From Candidatus Hadarchaeota archaeon (lineage in GTDB: Archaea; CAYQAE01; CAYVLA01), in contig CAYVLA010000003.1 in assembly GCA_964452145.1 (NCBI GenBank), positions 32,001 through 96,000 on the forward strand: a DNA stretch of 64,000 nucleotides. The letters run 5' to 3'. Below, piece after piece: positions 36,761 through 46,903 of this stretch (its first letter is position 1; the number at the start of each line of letters is the position of its first letter). Made by a program: the position numbers and the translations under genes. The notes beneath the pieces are model-generated. The model did not search any database. It saw nothing but the letters and a program-made list of their open reading frames with translations, and was not told the DNA's origin.

Positions 36761-38022
36761 CTAATCCTTGGAACCACTTCGGCCGCCCTTTTGATGGCCA
36801 AGACTTCGGCCGATGGTCCCGCTCCCTCCAGAGCCATATCGAAGGCCTCCTGAGGGCCGGGAGCGTACTCGAAGCCGATGGCCTCCGTCTCCTTCTTGGT
36901 GAGGCCTATTGTATATGTTATCACCCTCATCCTCTCCCGTATTCTGCCCACGTGCAGCATGGCCGCCACGGAGCAGAGATCCTTCAATCTGCCTGACTCC
37001 CACAAGGCCTCGGCCTGTCCGGGGTAGAGGTATCCGTATCTCTCCAGCTCCGGGTGTTCTTTGGATACACCTTCCCAACAGGGGGACAGCAGGACTATGG
37101 TTCCCCCGGGCTTGACCGCCAACTCGGCTGCCTCCAGGGCCTTGACCGACTGCCACATATCGATGTCCGCGGGATGGGAGTCGACTACCGCAATGTCGGC
37201 CTTGTGATCGATCGGTATCCCGTAGATCCGGTCGGAGGCCTCCACCCCCCTGCGGTGGGCCTTGACGGGATCGCCGCTGAAGCACCCGACCATCCTGGCC
37301 TTCCCGTCCAGAACGGTGTTGGCGATCATCCGCAGCCCGGCCTTTCCGGCTATCTCCTCCATCTCAGAGCGCACCGGATTGTCGGCTACGCCCAGGATTT
37401 CCTCGCCCTCAAACCTACCGGCCATTATGTGGGTGTGTCCCGTCGTCTGCCCGCCGCACAGACCGGGCTGGACGATCTTGGCACCGCCTGTGTAGCCCGC
37501 GACCCGGTGCGCCACGATGTTCCCGATGCCTATGCTCCAGTCCGCCTCCAGGATCTTGTAGTTCACCGTGATGGGCGTTCCCATCCGGGTTGATCCCAGA
37601 TCTCTGAGCATCGACTCCTCCCTCCAGTGGTGATTGAGCATCTTGTATCTTCCGATGAGCGCTTCCCCGGTCTTGACAGCCATCTCTTCGGTCGTCATGT
37701 ACCTGTGTGTTCCGAGGGCGAACATGATTTCGACGTCCTCCTCCTTGACGCCCGAGCGATTCAGATCGGAGAGGATGGGGGGGAGAATGACCCGGGTCGG
37801 GGTCTCGCGGGTTATGTCGTCGAGGATGATGAGGACCTTGTCTCCTCGTTTCACCTGGGACGGGATGGGATCGGCCGCGATGGGATTGGAGAGGGATCGG
37901 CGGATCACCGCCTCGGGGGCTTCCGCTTTGAGCTCGCGAGGTGAGTACACGCCGACCAGATTGCCATCCGGGATCTCGACCTTGGCCCTTCCTTTCCCGA
38001 GATGGAAGAAGATCTCCGCCAT
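36757..38022 (-). CDS. LarA-family nickel-pincer (NPN) racemase/epimerase
   Basis: DDITRETP, ALGTHR, HRVAGYTGGAKIVQPG, NPVR, CWEG; ATG at 38022 after GGAG. Confidence 0.88.
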   Translation of the reverse strand: MAEIFFHLGKGRAKVEIPDGNLVGVYSPRELKAEAPEAVIRRSLSNPIAADPIPSQVKRGDKVLIILDDITRETPTRVILPPILSDLNRSGVKEEDVEIMFALGTHRYMTTEEMAVKTGEALIGRYKMLNHHWREESMLRDLGSTRMGTPITVNYKILEADWSIGIGNIVAHRVAGYTGGAKIVQPGLCGGQTTGHTHIMAGRFEGEEILGVADNPVRSEMEEIAGKAGLRMIANTVLDGKARMVGCFSGDPVKAHRRGVEASDRIYGIPIDHKADIAVVDSHPADIDMWQSVKALEAAELAVKPGGTIVLLSPCWEGVSKEHPELERYGYLYPGQAEALWESGRLKDLCSVAAMLHVGRIRERMRVITYTIGLTKKETEAIGFEYAPGPQEAFDMALEGAGPSAEVLAIKRAAEVVPRIR

Positions 38023-38036
38023 CGCATCTCCACCCC

Positions 38037-39149
38037 CTACAGCACGAGTATGTCGGGGCGCTCGACCTGGATTCCTTCCACCTCGTGGACGAGGGTGGGC
38101 CAACTGCCCGTCGCGGTCACGATGGTGGGTCCATCGGGCGTGGCGACGATTGTATCCTCGCTCTTGGCACCAGAGATGGAGGGATTCCAGGCAAATGCTT
38201 GGTTGGGCACGACCCTGGCCGCGCTCGAGGGCACGGCAAGGTAGTCCCTGGTTTGGTAACCGGTGGCGCCCCCTTGGTGGTGAAACCTCCACTGATCGGG
38301 GTATCCCGTGCGAGCATAGTCCTCCACCGCACCCGAGAGGATCGCGGAGACCGGACCACCCTCCACCGTTCTGGCGATCATCCCGGCGTCGATCAGGGTG
38401 CAGGCGCTGTGTCTTCTTGCCAGATCGTCCGGGACCTTCCCGTAGTGGACCAGTCTGGTGGCTGAAGCGATCAGCCCCCATTTCCTCCCGCAGGTCACCA
38501 GCATGGCATGCCTGTCCAGCTTCCTCTCGGTCGGAATGGGGTGGCGATAGAGTTCGATTCGCCTATCCACCGCCACCAAGATCACGGCCGGGATGACTCC
38601 GTGGGCCAGAAGGTGCTGGGCCAGGATGGACCCTATCTCGTGCTCGCTCTGTCCCGGTCCCATCTCATGACAGGATTGCTCCAGCATCGCACCGGTGAGC
38701 CTGCCGACCTCCCTGTATCTTTCGACCTCCTCGGGGGTGAGGCTGTAGCGCAGCGGAGAGATCTCTTCGTCGACCATCACCGCCCCTGCCATGTCGAAGT
38801 CGGTGCCCACCTTTCCCTTCCCTGCGATCTCCCTCACGATCTCGAGGCGTCTGTCGTCATGCCAAGGCGTTTCTCGCACCTGGAAGCCCTGGCCTTCTAC
38901 CTCCTCGGCCACCAACCGTCCGGATTCGATGTTGTTCGTTACCAAGTACTTGTCCGTCGCCGTAACCACGACCGTGGCCACGCCTCTCCGATTCGTCAGC
39001 TCGACGTGATTGTCGCCTCCGCATGTGAACCATGCGAAGTTCTTGGATGTCGTCAGGCAAAGCGCGGCGAGCCCCTTCTGGTTCAAGAAGGACCTCACCC
39101 GTCTCTCCTTCTCGGCCACCTCGGATCGGGAAAACCTCAAAGATCCCAC
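38037..39149 (-). CDS. M24-family (Xaa-Pro peptidase / creatinase-like) hydrolase
   Basis: YRHP, ASATR, HHQGG, AWNPS, KSEDT. Canonical metal-binding Asp residues appear substituted (creatinase-like). Confidence 0.8.
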   Translation of the reverse strand: MGSLRFSRSEVAEKERRVRSFLNQKGLAALCLTTSKNFAWFTCGGDNHVELTNRRGVATVVVTATDKYLVTNNIESGRLVAEEVEGQGFQVRETPWHDDRRLEIVREIAGKGKVGTDFDMAGAVMVDEEISPLRYSLTPEEVERYREVGRLTGAMLEQSCHEMGPGQSEHEIGSILAQHLLAHGVIPAVILVAVDRRIELYRHPIPTERKLDRHAMLVTCGRKWGLIASATRLVHYGKVPDDLARRHSACTLIDAGMIARTVEGGPVSAILSGAVEDYARTGYPDQWRFHHQGGATGYQTRDYLAVPSSAARVVPNQAFAWNPSISGAKSEDTIVATPDGPTIVTATGSWPTLVHEVEGIQVERPDILVL

Positions 39150-39153
39150 ACCA

Positions 39154-40314
39154 TCAGAGCGGTACTTCGGCCCATCTCCTTTCCTTGCTGCTCTTGAGGA
39201 TGGCGTCGCAGATCACAACCTCGTTATGTCCGTCCTCAAAGGTCGGAAAATCGGGTTCGTAGGACTTCGGGCTCTTGCCCGCCGCGACAAACTCGTAGAA
39301 GTTGCGCATGAACATCTTGATCCCATCCGGGTAGGCCTCCGGGTGCCCTCCCGGATAGTGCGCGTACCTCTTCGCCTCAGGAAGGAGGAGCGAGGGATCC
39401 TTGATCAGGAGTTCGTTGGGACGCTCTCGTCTCCCTATCCAGAGCTCGTTAGGCCTCTCTTGATCCCAGGCGAGGGCACATCTGCTGCCGTCGACCTCCA
39501 GATAGAGCCGGTTCTTTCGGCCCGCGGCCATTTGGGATATGCCGAACAGCCCTTTGGCGCCGCTCTCCAGTTCGAACAGAACCCCGGCATAGTCCTCCGT
39601 CTTGATGGCCTTCTCGACGTAGTCCTCAGGTGTGAGTTCCTTTCCCAGATACGTCTCAATAGGCCGCTTCGGCTTCTTCCGGGTGGGCAATACGGTCCTC
39701 AGGTCGGCGCACACTTTGGTGATTTTCTGGCCGGTGACGAACTGGGCCGTATCGCACCAATGGGATCCGACATCGCCAACTGCCCTTGAAGCCCCGCCGA
39801 CCTCAGGCTCCAGCCTCCAGTTGTAGTCGGTGTCGAAGAAGAGCCAGTCCTGAAGATAGGACCCCCGGACAGCATAGATCGAGCCGAGTTCGCCGTTCTT
39901 GATCATCGCCTTGGCTTGCTGCACCAGGGGATAGTGTCTGTAGTTGAAGTTTATGCCGTTGACGACGCCCGCCTTGTACGCGATCTTCACGAGTTCGGCG
40001 GACTCTCGGCTGTCCATGGCCAGGGGCTTCTCCGAGATTATGTTCTTCCCGGCCTCCATGATCGCCTTGTTGATCTCGAAATGAAGGAAGTTCGGGGTGC
40101 AGTTGTGGACGACCTCGATCTCCGGGTCCTGCAGGATCTTCCGAAAATCGCCATAGGCGTTTCTTATGTTCAGCTGCTCGGCCTTCTGCTGGGCTAATTT
40201 CTCGTCCGCCTCAGCGAGGGCCTTCACTTCCACGTATCCCAACCTGCGGACCGCCTCTACGTGCGCCGGCCCGATGAAACCCGTTCCTATTATCCCGGCC
40301 TTGATCGTTCTCAA
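39154..40314 (-). CDS. Gfo/Idh/MocA family oxidoreductase
   Basis: GIIGTGFIG, CTPNFLH, SEKPLA, YLQDW, DVGSHW; TTG start at 40314 after GGGGAGG. Confidence 0.9.
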   Translation of the reverse strand: MRTIKAGIIGTGFIGPAHVEAVRRLGYVEVKALAEADEKLAQQKAEQLNIRNAYGDFRKILQDPEIEVVHNCTPNFLHFEINKAIMEAGKNIISEKPLAMDSRESAELVKIAYKAGVVNGINFNYRHYPLVQQAKAMIKNGELGSIYAVRGSYLQDWLFFDTDYNWRLEPEVGGASRAVGDVGSHWCDTAQFVTGQKITKVCADLRTVLPTRKKPKRPIETYLGKELTPEDYVEKAIKTEDYAGVLFELESGAKGLFGISQMAAGRKNRLYLEVDGSRCALAWDQERPNELWIGRRERPNELLIKDPSLLLPEAKRYAHYPGGHPEAYPDGIKMFMRNFYEFVAAGKSPKSYEPDFPTFEDGHNEVVICDAILKSSKERRWAEVPL

Positions 40315-40486
40315 GGTTTTCCTCCCCGTTTCGCGCCGTCTGGGCTCGGAGGCCTGAGCCGGCATTTCCATATTAAATGTTGCCCAAACAATCAGGGCGT
40401 TCAACGAGGCCCTAGACCGCCTGTGATCGACCTTACCCCTTATGGCATAGAGCAAAACGGGGCACGGAAAGCGCTATAAGTCGACA

Positions 40487-41383
40487 GTGAAGGACAGCGC
40501 GAGTACGATGGGAAACACGGGGGCCCAACTCGCAGAAAAGGCCGATCGAGCAGGAATGATCGGCATTTTCGGAAACATGGTGCTCACAGCATTCAAACTC
40601 GCCGCCGGTGTGCTGTCGGGCAGCATGGCCGTCATCGGGGATTCCCTCCATTCTTTATCAGACCTTCTCGCCACAATTCTGGTCTACGCCGGAGTCCGCC
40701 AAGCTAGGCGCCCGCCGGACGCGAAGCATCCCTTCGGACACGGTGGCATCGAGGCGATCGTGGGTCTGTTCGTGGCGATCTCCCTGGCGTTGATCGCGTT
40801 TGAATTCGGCCGTGAATCGCTGACCATCCTTTTGCAGAGGCACTTCTCCCAGGTCGGTGCCCTCGCCATGGTAGCAGCCGCGGCATCCATAGTGGTCAAA
40901 GAAGCCATGGCTCGGTACACCTTCGGCGTGGCCAATGAAACCAAGAGCATGGCGCTCAACGCCGCCGCATGGGACCACCGCTCGGACGCCATATCCTCCG
41001 TAGTCGTTCTAATCGGGGTCACCGCAGCCTTCATGGGGGCACGCATCCTTGACCCGCTCTTTGCACTGGGAATGGCTTTCGTCATCGGTCTCGTCGGTGT
41101 GAGGATCGGGAAGCAGAACGTTGAGAACCTGATCGGAACGCTGCCGGATCCCGACATGAACAGGGAGATCGAGGCCATCGTCAGCTCATTCCCGGAGGTC
41201 AAGGGCATCCACAAGATCCGCCTCCACTACTTCGGCCCCTATGCTGAGGTTGACATGCACGTCATCATGAATCCCTCCATGACCATAGAGAGAAGCCATG
41301 CCGTCACGGACCGCATCAACGAACAGGTCAAGGCCCGACTCCCACAGATCACCTACGTCAACGTTCACGTAGAGCCGCGTTAG
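40487..41383 (+). CDS. Cation diffusion facilitator (FieF-like) transporter
   Basis: DSLHSLSD, PPDAKHPFGHG, WDHRSD, LDP, HVEP. Confidence 0.92.
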   Translation: MKDSASTMGNTGAQLAEKADRAGMIGIFGNMVLTAFKLAAGVLSGSMAVIGDSLHSLSDLLATILVYAGVRQARRPPDAKHPFGHGGIEAIVGLFVAISLALIAFEFGRESLTILLQRHFSQVGALAMVAAAASIVVKEAMARYTFGVANETKSMALNAAAWDHRSDAISSVVVLIGVTAAFMGARILDPLFALGMAFVIGLVGVRIGKQNVENLIGTLPDPDMNREIEAIVSSFPEVKGIHKIRLHYFGPYAEVDMHVIMNPSMTIERSHAVTDRINEQVKARLPQITYVNVHVEPR

Positions 41384-41522
41384 GACACCTTCACCCGGCG
41401 ACAGTCCCCGCCAAGCCTTGTGGCCATCAGGGTGACGGCCGATGAATGGGCCTCGCCCCTCTTCGATTGACTGAGTGCCGCGGAAGATAAAACCCAGCCA
41501 TTTACCTGATGCTGATGACCAC

Positions 41523-42227
41523 TCAGCTCTGAACCCATGGGGCGGTGAGGGTCCGAACGAGGAGGATGAAGCAGATGCCTACCGACAGAATGGAGATGTA
41601 CACCAGCAGTCCGCCGAACAGGGGAATCAGGCTGAGCACCGCCCCCGCCATCATCAGGACCCCCGACCCGCGCATGAAGTCATGGTCCAACTCCCTTCCG
41701 ACCCTGTGTATCTCATAGCCGCCGGAGACCGCACCGGCGAGGAGTCCGATCAGGCCCAGCACTCCTGCGGTGGCTAGGACGATCAGGGAGGGGGCCATCT
41801 GGCCCGCCGCCAGGTCGGTCGCATTGCCGCTCTCCAGAACCTCGATCAATCCACGGATGGCGGAGGGGACTATGAGGTAGCTTGCGGCCGTCATGGCGCC
41901 AGTCAGAATGAAGCAGAGGCAAGCAATGAATGCGAGGCTCCTCCTGGTCATCCTCCACACGCCGGCGAAGCCCAGAGAGAAGAGGAAGTAGCCCGACAGC
42001 TGCACGAGGACGAAGGGCCAGATTCCCGCGATGTGTTCCTCAACTTTGGGCAGGGCCTCTTTCAGGGCCTCGGCAGCCTCCTCCGGGTCCTGTCCGGATG
42101 CAAAGGCCGAGCTTATGTTGGCGGATCCGACGAAGAGGCCCGATGACAATCCCTGGGAGATCAGCGCGCCCAGGATCGCCAGAACGGCGCCCAGGGCTCC
42201 CGAGTAGAACAAGATCTTCAGATTCAG
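41523..42227 (-). CDS. Multi-TM membrane protein (DUF996-like); start CTG 42227 or TTG 42212
   Basis: About 6 hydrophobic helices; last gene of the minus-strand ABC operon. Confidence 0.65.
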   Translation of the reverse strand: MNLKILFYSGALGAVLAILGALISQGLSSGLFVGSANISSAFASGQDPEEAAEALKEALPKVEEHIAGIWPFVLVQLSGYFLFSLGFAGVWRMTRRSLAFIACLCFILTGAMTAASYLIVPSAIRGLIEVLESGNATDLAAGQMAPSLIVLATAGVLGLIGLLAGAVSGGYEIHRVGRELDHDFMRGSGVLMMAGAVLSLIPLFGGLLVYISILSVGICFILLVRTLTAPWVQS

Positions 42228-42874
42228 GCTCGTTCCCCCTTGTCCTCTCGAAGCCTCAGCAACCACTCTGGGTCGGATGCTCTCCTCCTCTTCCTGGTCT
42301 CCCTTCTTCTGGCGGACCTCACCACTAATCCCACAACGACGGGCAGAACGGGCATGCCCAGTATCACGGAGTACGACCACTGGCTAAGACCAGGCACTAT
42401 CCTGATCCTCGGCCCGAAGGCCATATCCCCGGCCTCAGAGGAGACCGTCCTGCCATCCAGTTCAAAGGTTGCCCTGATCTTGAGGAAGTAGTAGCCTCTC
42501 TCCGGCATCCTTATCGCGAAGATCCCGGATGTGACCGAGGGTCCGACCAGTAACGGCCACGACGCGTTTGCGCGGTGGACTATCCAGCCATCATCCATGG
42601 GACCGTAGGTCTCATTGACCGGGTCGTACGAAAAGACTTGAACCATCACGTTCGTCAGGGTCAAGTTTGCGAGCACGAGGTTGAACGCTAGCTGAAACTC
42701 CTGGTCAACATCGTACTTCGGGCCGAGGCCGGGTCCGGTTTCAGGGGAGGTGATCACCAAGGATACGGGGCCAAGGCCCTGATCCACGTTAACCCCGGCG
42801 GGCCGGACAACGATCTGGGCCGTCCCGATCGACAGCAAGATCATCGATACTACCAGGCAAGCTGGCCATCTCAC
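42224..42874 (-). CDS. Secreted beta-rich (Ig-like?) protein with C-terminal TM anchor
   Basis: Signal peptide, several N-x-S/T sequons (NLT, NET, NAS), C-terminal TM and basic tail. Confidence 0.7.
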   Translation of the reverse strand: MRWPACLVVSMILLSIGTAQIVVRPAGVNVDQGLGPVSLVITSPETGPGLGPKYDVDQEFQLAFNLVLANLTLTNVMVQVFSYDPVNETYGPMDDGWIVHRANASWPLLVGPSVTSGIFAIRMPERGYYFLKIRATFELDGRTVSSEAGDMAFGPRIRIVPGLSQWSYSVILGMPVLPVVVGLVVRSARRRETRKRRRASDPEWLLRLREDKGERA

Positions 42875-43677
42875 GGCAGATCACTCTCCCTGAGGCCAAG
42901 GACGCAGATCGCTCCGATGAGGAAGATAACCGTATAGGCAAGGAGGCCGGCCACACCCCACCAAGCATCCTGGCCGTTCTGGAAGAGCTGCTCGGTCACC
43001 AAGCCGGAGTACCTGATCACGGAGAGGTTGCGGAGGAAGTTGAGGACGTCCATCACGGACTGGAACCCCGCGAAGAGCTGCCGTGCAACCGATATGCCCA
43101 TGAAGCCAAAGAGGATTCCCAGGCTTCCCAGAGCCGAGGACTTCACCGACGAACTCACACTTGATACGAAGATGGCGAGCGACCCCACGGCGCTCACCAC
43201 AAGAATCGTCGAAGCATAGCCAAGAGCGAGCTTGTCCCAGCCGACATGCCCCACGAGGGCCTTGCCACCTAGGACGAAGTACAGGATGGAGATCCCGAGG
43301 ATGACCATCCAGGTCAAGACTATGGTGATGTACTTGCCCGCCACTATCGAAGAGGACGATATGGGCGAGGCCTTCACCAGGGGCAATGTGCGCAGGGCCT
43401 TCTCGCTTACGATGGCATCCATCGAGAAAGTGACCGCGAAGAACAACCCCAGCAGGGATAGGAGGGCGACGATCATCTCCACGATCGGGCTCGTCCCCAT
43501 CGGTATCTCGGTCTGCAGCCACATGAAGAAGCTTATACCAATGAAGGCGATCGTCGCCATCAGGTAAGCTCTCAGGCTCAGGAACGTGTCCCTCAGCTCC
43601 TTCCTCACAACGATGAGGCTGGAGGGGAGATCCCTTAGGCCCACAACCAAGCGATGCCGCGCCAGGGCCGCGTCCAT
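42871..43677 (-). CDS. ABC-2 type exporter permease
   Basis: VRKELRD, DAIVSEK..RTL, P.S...IVAGK; about 6 TMs. Confidence 0.88.
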   Translation of the reverse strand: MDAALARHRLVVGLRDLPSSLIVVRKELRDTFLSLRAYLMATIAFIGISFFMWLQTEIPMGTSPIVEMIVALLSLLGLFFAVTFSMDAIVSEKALRTLPLVKASPISSSSIVAGKYITIVLTWMVILGISILYFVLGGKALVGHVGWDKLALGYASTILVVSAVGSLAIFVSSVSSSVKSSALGSLGILFGFMGISVARQLFAGFQSVMDVLNFLRNLSVIRYSGLVTEQLFQNGQDAWWGVAGLLAYTVIFLIGAICVLGLRESDLP

Positions 43678-44613
43678 CTAGGCATCCTCCGTGTAGCTCA
43701 TGAAGACATCCTCCAGCGTGGGTTCCTGAAGGTTCATGGAGAGGAGCTCGGCGCCGGATTCCACGAGCAGCCTGGCCAGTTCGGGCCTCTTCTCATCGCA
43801 GGTTGCTGCCTCGACATGGATCTGTCCGGCCTGCTTGAGACTGACCGACTTAACCCAAGGAAGGGACCTGACCTTGGCGACAGCCTCCTCGGTCGGAAGC
43901 CCCCCGACGCCCATCTCCACCTCTATGACGTTGGACACCCTGACTTTGTCCCGCAGATTATCGGGGCTATCCAGGGCCACTATCTTGCCCTTGTTCACGA
44001 TGCCGACCTCCTGGCAGATCATCTCGACTTCCGGCAGGATGTGGGTGCATATGAAGATCGTCTTACCTCCTTCGCCCAGTGATCGTATCAGCTCTCGGAC
44101 CTCCCTTGTTCCCCTCGGGTCAAGGCCCGATGTCGGTTCGTCGAGGAACATGAGCTTGGGGTCGTGTATCAGGAGCCTGGCTATGTTGAGCCGCTGCCTC
44201 ATGCCCAGGGAGAAGGATCTTACCTCGAGGTTGTGTTCGCCCCACAGCCCCACCGTCTTGAGGGCCGCCTCGATCTTGGCGTCAAGATCACCAACCCGGA
44301 ACAAACGTCCGAAGTAGCGCAGGAACTCCGTGGGGGTCATCTCGGGGTAGTAGCCTGGCGACTCGGGCATGTATCCCACGAGCTTCTTCACTGCCATGTA
44401 GTCCCTGGTGACATCCAGACCCCAGACCTTCGCAGTCCCCGAGGTGGGGCGAATCAGGCAGGCCAGCATCCTGATCGTGGTCGTCTTGCCTGCGCCGTTG
44501 GGTCCAAGGAAGCCGAAGATCCTGCCCTTCTCCACCTCAAGGTCTACTCTGTCGACGGCCGCGAAGCCATCAAAAACCTTTGTAAGTCCCCTGCATTCTA
44601 CGGCAAGATCCAT
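43678..44613 (-). CDS. ABC-2 type exporter ATP-binding protein
   Basis: GPNGAGKTT, FSLGMRQR, FLDEPTSGLDP, C-terminal PTLEDVF. Confidence 0.95.
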   Translation of the reverse strand: MDLAVECRGLTKVFDGFAAVDRVDLEVEKGRIFGFLGPNGAGKTTTIRMLACLIRPTSGTAKVWGLDVTRDYMAVKKLVGYMPESPGYYPEMTPTEFLRYFGRLFRVGDLDAKIEAALKTVGLWGEHNLEVRSFSLGMRQRLNIARLLIHDPKLMFLDEPTSGLDPRGTREVRELIRSLGEGGKTIFICTHILPEVEMICQEVGIVNKGKIVALDSPDNLRDKVRVSNVIEVEMGVGGLPTEEAVAKVRSLPWVKSVSLKQAGQIHVEAATCDEKRPELARLLVESGAELLSMNLQEPTLEDVFMSYTEDA

Positions 44614-44861
44614 GGTATGGCCTCAACGGGTCTGCAAGGCGTCTTGAGACGGATAACCACTGGGCTAAAAAGCCTGCTAAAAAGGCTATCTTCTGACGAT
44701 CCACCTGTCGGATACGGTCCATACTTGAAGAAGAAGCGAGCGCAAGGCAGACCGGGGGGCGAAGCTGCTCTTCCCCTGCCAGGACGGCTCGGTGCTAGGT
44801 GCTAGGTGCGAAACAGTTAATAGAAATTTCCACCCCAACCCACAGCTTGGTTGTGATACGT

Positions 44862-45284
44862 ATGGCCCAGAAGCCGAAGAGACCCATGCCCAAGAAGTGG
44901 ATAATACTCCTGACCGTCGTGGTGGTTGCGGTCATCGTTGTCGCCCTCCTAGCGACCTACAAGTCCCCGTCCATCCAAACCTCAGTGAAGTCGATCGCAT
45001 GGGTAGGGGAGGACCAGTTGAACCTGACCCTCACCTACACCACCAAGGACGTCAACGTTACGTCGGATGAATACAGCGTCAGGGTGGATGCCTGGAGGAC
45101 GGTGGATTCGACCCAGGAGACCAAGACGGCGCTAACGGTGCCCCTCCCCAACATCAACCCGGAGTCCTCCGCCGACCAGACTCTGGTGCTTGAGGGATTG
45201 AAGGGCTACACGGACCTGAACATATACATACGGAGGGGCGGCAAGAGAATCGTTTACATAGCCCAACGAATCCCCATAGCGTAG
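44862..45284 (+). CDS. Small N-terminally anchored extracellular beta-strand protein
   Basis: Basic N-terminus, one TM (WIILLTVVVVAVIVVALLA), Thr/Val-rich domain with NLT/NVT sequons. Confidence 0.7.
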   Translation: MAQKPKRPMPKKWIILLTVVVVAVIVVALLATYKSPSIQTSVKSIAWVGEDQLNLTLTYTTKDVNVTSDEYSVRVDAWRTVDSTQETKTALTVPLPNINPESSADQTLVLEGLKGYTDLNIYIRRGGKRIVYIAQRIPIA

Positions 45285-45302
45285 GTACTCGGGGGGCCGG
45301 AT

Positions 45303-46841
45303 GTGGCCAAGGTTGTTCTGACCGCGGATCGAACTCTCATGTCGGAACATCAGAACAACATGTTCTTTGGCTTCTCGGCTTCCTTTCCCAAGAAGTTCAT
45401 GCCGGGGCCCATCTACTACAGGATGTTCGCCCCCAGCGTTCCGCACAGAGAGGGGAGAGCCCTGGTGGCTCCCTACGCCCTTCGCAAGATGGAGGCGGCA
45501 CTGGTCTCGGCCGGATATCCCCAGGAGGAGGTGGTCGTTGCTCACCCCGAGCACCTGGATCGGTTCATCGGCACCGACACGTTGATCCTGGCGGTGTCCA
45601 CGATGGATCCCCTTGGATATGGACCCGTCACGTCCACCTTCACCAAGATCTACGAAAACCCGGTCTATGTGCCCGGCAAGTTCCGGGAGATCCTCACCGA
45701 TCCGGCTGTGCAGAAGCACCGACCCAAGATCGTGGTTGGCGGTCCCGGGTCCTGGCAGCTCGACAAATACCCCGGCCCAAGGGACGAGCTTGGCATTGAC
45801 TGCGTCGTTACCGGCGAGGGTGAGATCACCTTTCCCCGGTTGGTGAAGATGGCCGAGTCTGGGGAGCCACTGCCACGATCCATCGAGGGCGAGGTGGTCC
45901 CCGTGGAGAAGATGCCGATCATACTGAACCCCTCCATCAATGCTCTGGTTGAGATCGCCCGGGGCTGCGGGAGGGGCTGCGATTTCTGTACTCCGACGCT
46001 TCAGAAGCTCCGCTGTCGCCCGATCCCCGACATCCTGAAGGAGGTGGAGGTCAACACCCGGGACGGACACACGCAGATATACATGCACGGCGAGGATGTC
46101 TGGCGCTACGGCGCGAAGGGCGTCAGGCCGGACAAGCAGAAGGTACTCGACCTGTTCCGCGCGATCTACGAGTATGGTCCCGTTTCCAAGGTGTTCCCGT
46201 CCCACGGAGCCCTGGCGTCGGTTGCCTGTGAGAAGACCCTGCTGCCGGAGGTGTCGGAGGTGCTGGAGATGGACGAGCATTCCGTCAACTCTTACCAGAC
46301 GGGCATCGAGACGGGCTCGGTTGAGATGGTTAAGAAGCATATGCGCGGCAAGGTGAGGCCCTTCCGGCCGGAGGAGTGGCCCCAAGTCGTGCGCGAGGCC
46401 TTCGAGATCTCCATCGATTCCAACTGGATCCCGTGCGCGACCATGATCACGGGGCTTCCGGGAGAGACCGAGGATGACATCATCAAGTCCATAGAGCTCG
46501 CTGACAGGCTTGATGACATGCCGTCCGGAATCTTTCCGCTGTTCTTCGTGGGCATGGGGAACATGCTCGATGAGAAGAGCTTCACCCATGAGGACATGAC
46601 CCCGCTTCACTGGGAGTTCATGGTGAGGTGCTGGGAGCACAATATGAGGTACTTCCCCTTCTTTGCCAGACATGGCGGGATGAGGAGCCGTTTCTGGAAT
46701 GCGGTTCTTGAGTACGTCCTCATTCCCTTGGGCCGCAGGAAACTGAATGACTACGCCGTCGAGATGAGGCAGGAGATGGGTGATAAGATAAGGGATCGTC
46801 TGGGCGGGGGAACCTCAGGGCACCTTCCCAAACCAGCATGA
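45303..46841 (+). CDS. Radical SAM protein with N-terminal B12-binding-like domain; resembles GDGT-modifying Grs/Gms family
   Basis: CxxxCxxC (GCGRGCDFC, 45966-45989); N-terminal KVVLTADRTLMS, APYALRKMEAAL, MDPLGYGP, IVVGGPGSWQ; GIETGS; GLPGETEDD. Confidence 0.85.
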   Translation: MAKVVLTADRTLMSEHQNNMFFGFSASFPKKFMPGPIYYRMFAPSVPHREGRALVAPYALRKMEAALVSAGYPQEEVVVAHPEHLDRFIGTDTLILAVSTMDPLGYGPVTSTFTKIYENPVYVPGKFREILTDPAVQKHRPKIVVGGPGSWQLDKYPGPRDELGIDCVVTGEGEITFPRLVKMAESGEPLPRSIEGEVVPVEKMPIILNPSINALVEIARGCGRGCDFCTPTLQKLRCRPIPDILKEVEVNTRDGHTQIYMHGEDVWRYGAKGVRPDKQKVLDLFRAIYEYGPVSKVFPSHGALASVACEKTLLPEVSEVLEMDEHSVNSYQTGIETGSVEMVKKHMRGKVRPFRPEEWPQVVREAFEISIDSNWIPCATMITGLPGETEDDIIKSIELADRLDDMPSGIFPLFFVGMGNMLDEKSFTHEDMTPLHWEFMVRCWEHNMRYFPFFARHGGMRSRFWNAVLEYVLIPLGRRKLNDYAVEMRQEMGDKIRDRLGGGTSGHLPKPA

Positions 46842-46903
46842 CAGGGGTTTTAGACCGGGCTTTATGATCTTTGAGCCACAGCGCCACGGGATAGGAGACT
46901 AGC

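Noticed and set aside
38023..38481. 153-aa N-terminal extension of the LarA ORF
   Set aside because: Overlaps the M24 gene in another frame; the real start is ATG 38022 with an SD.
45132..46673. 513-aa - strand ORF
   Set aside because: Antisense to the radical SAM gene; composition typical of a shadow frame.
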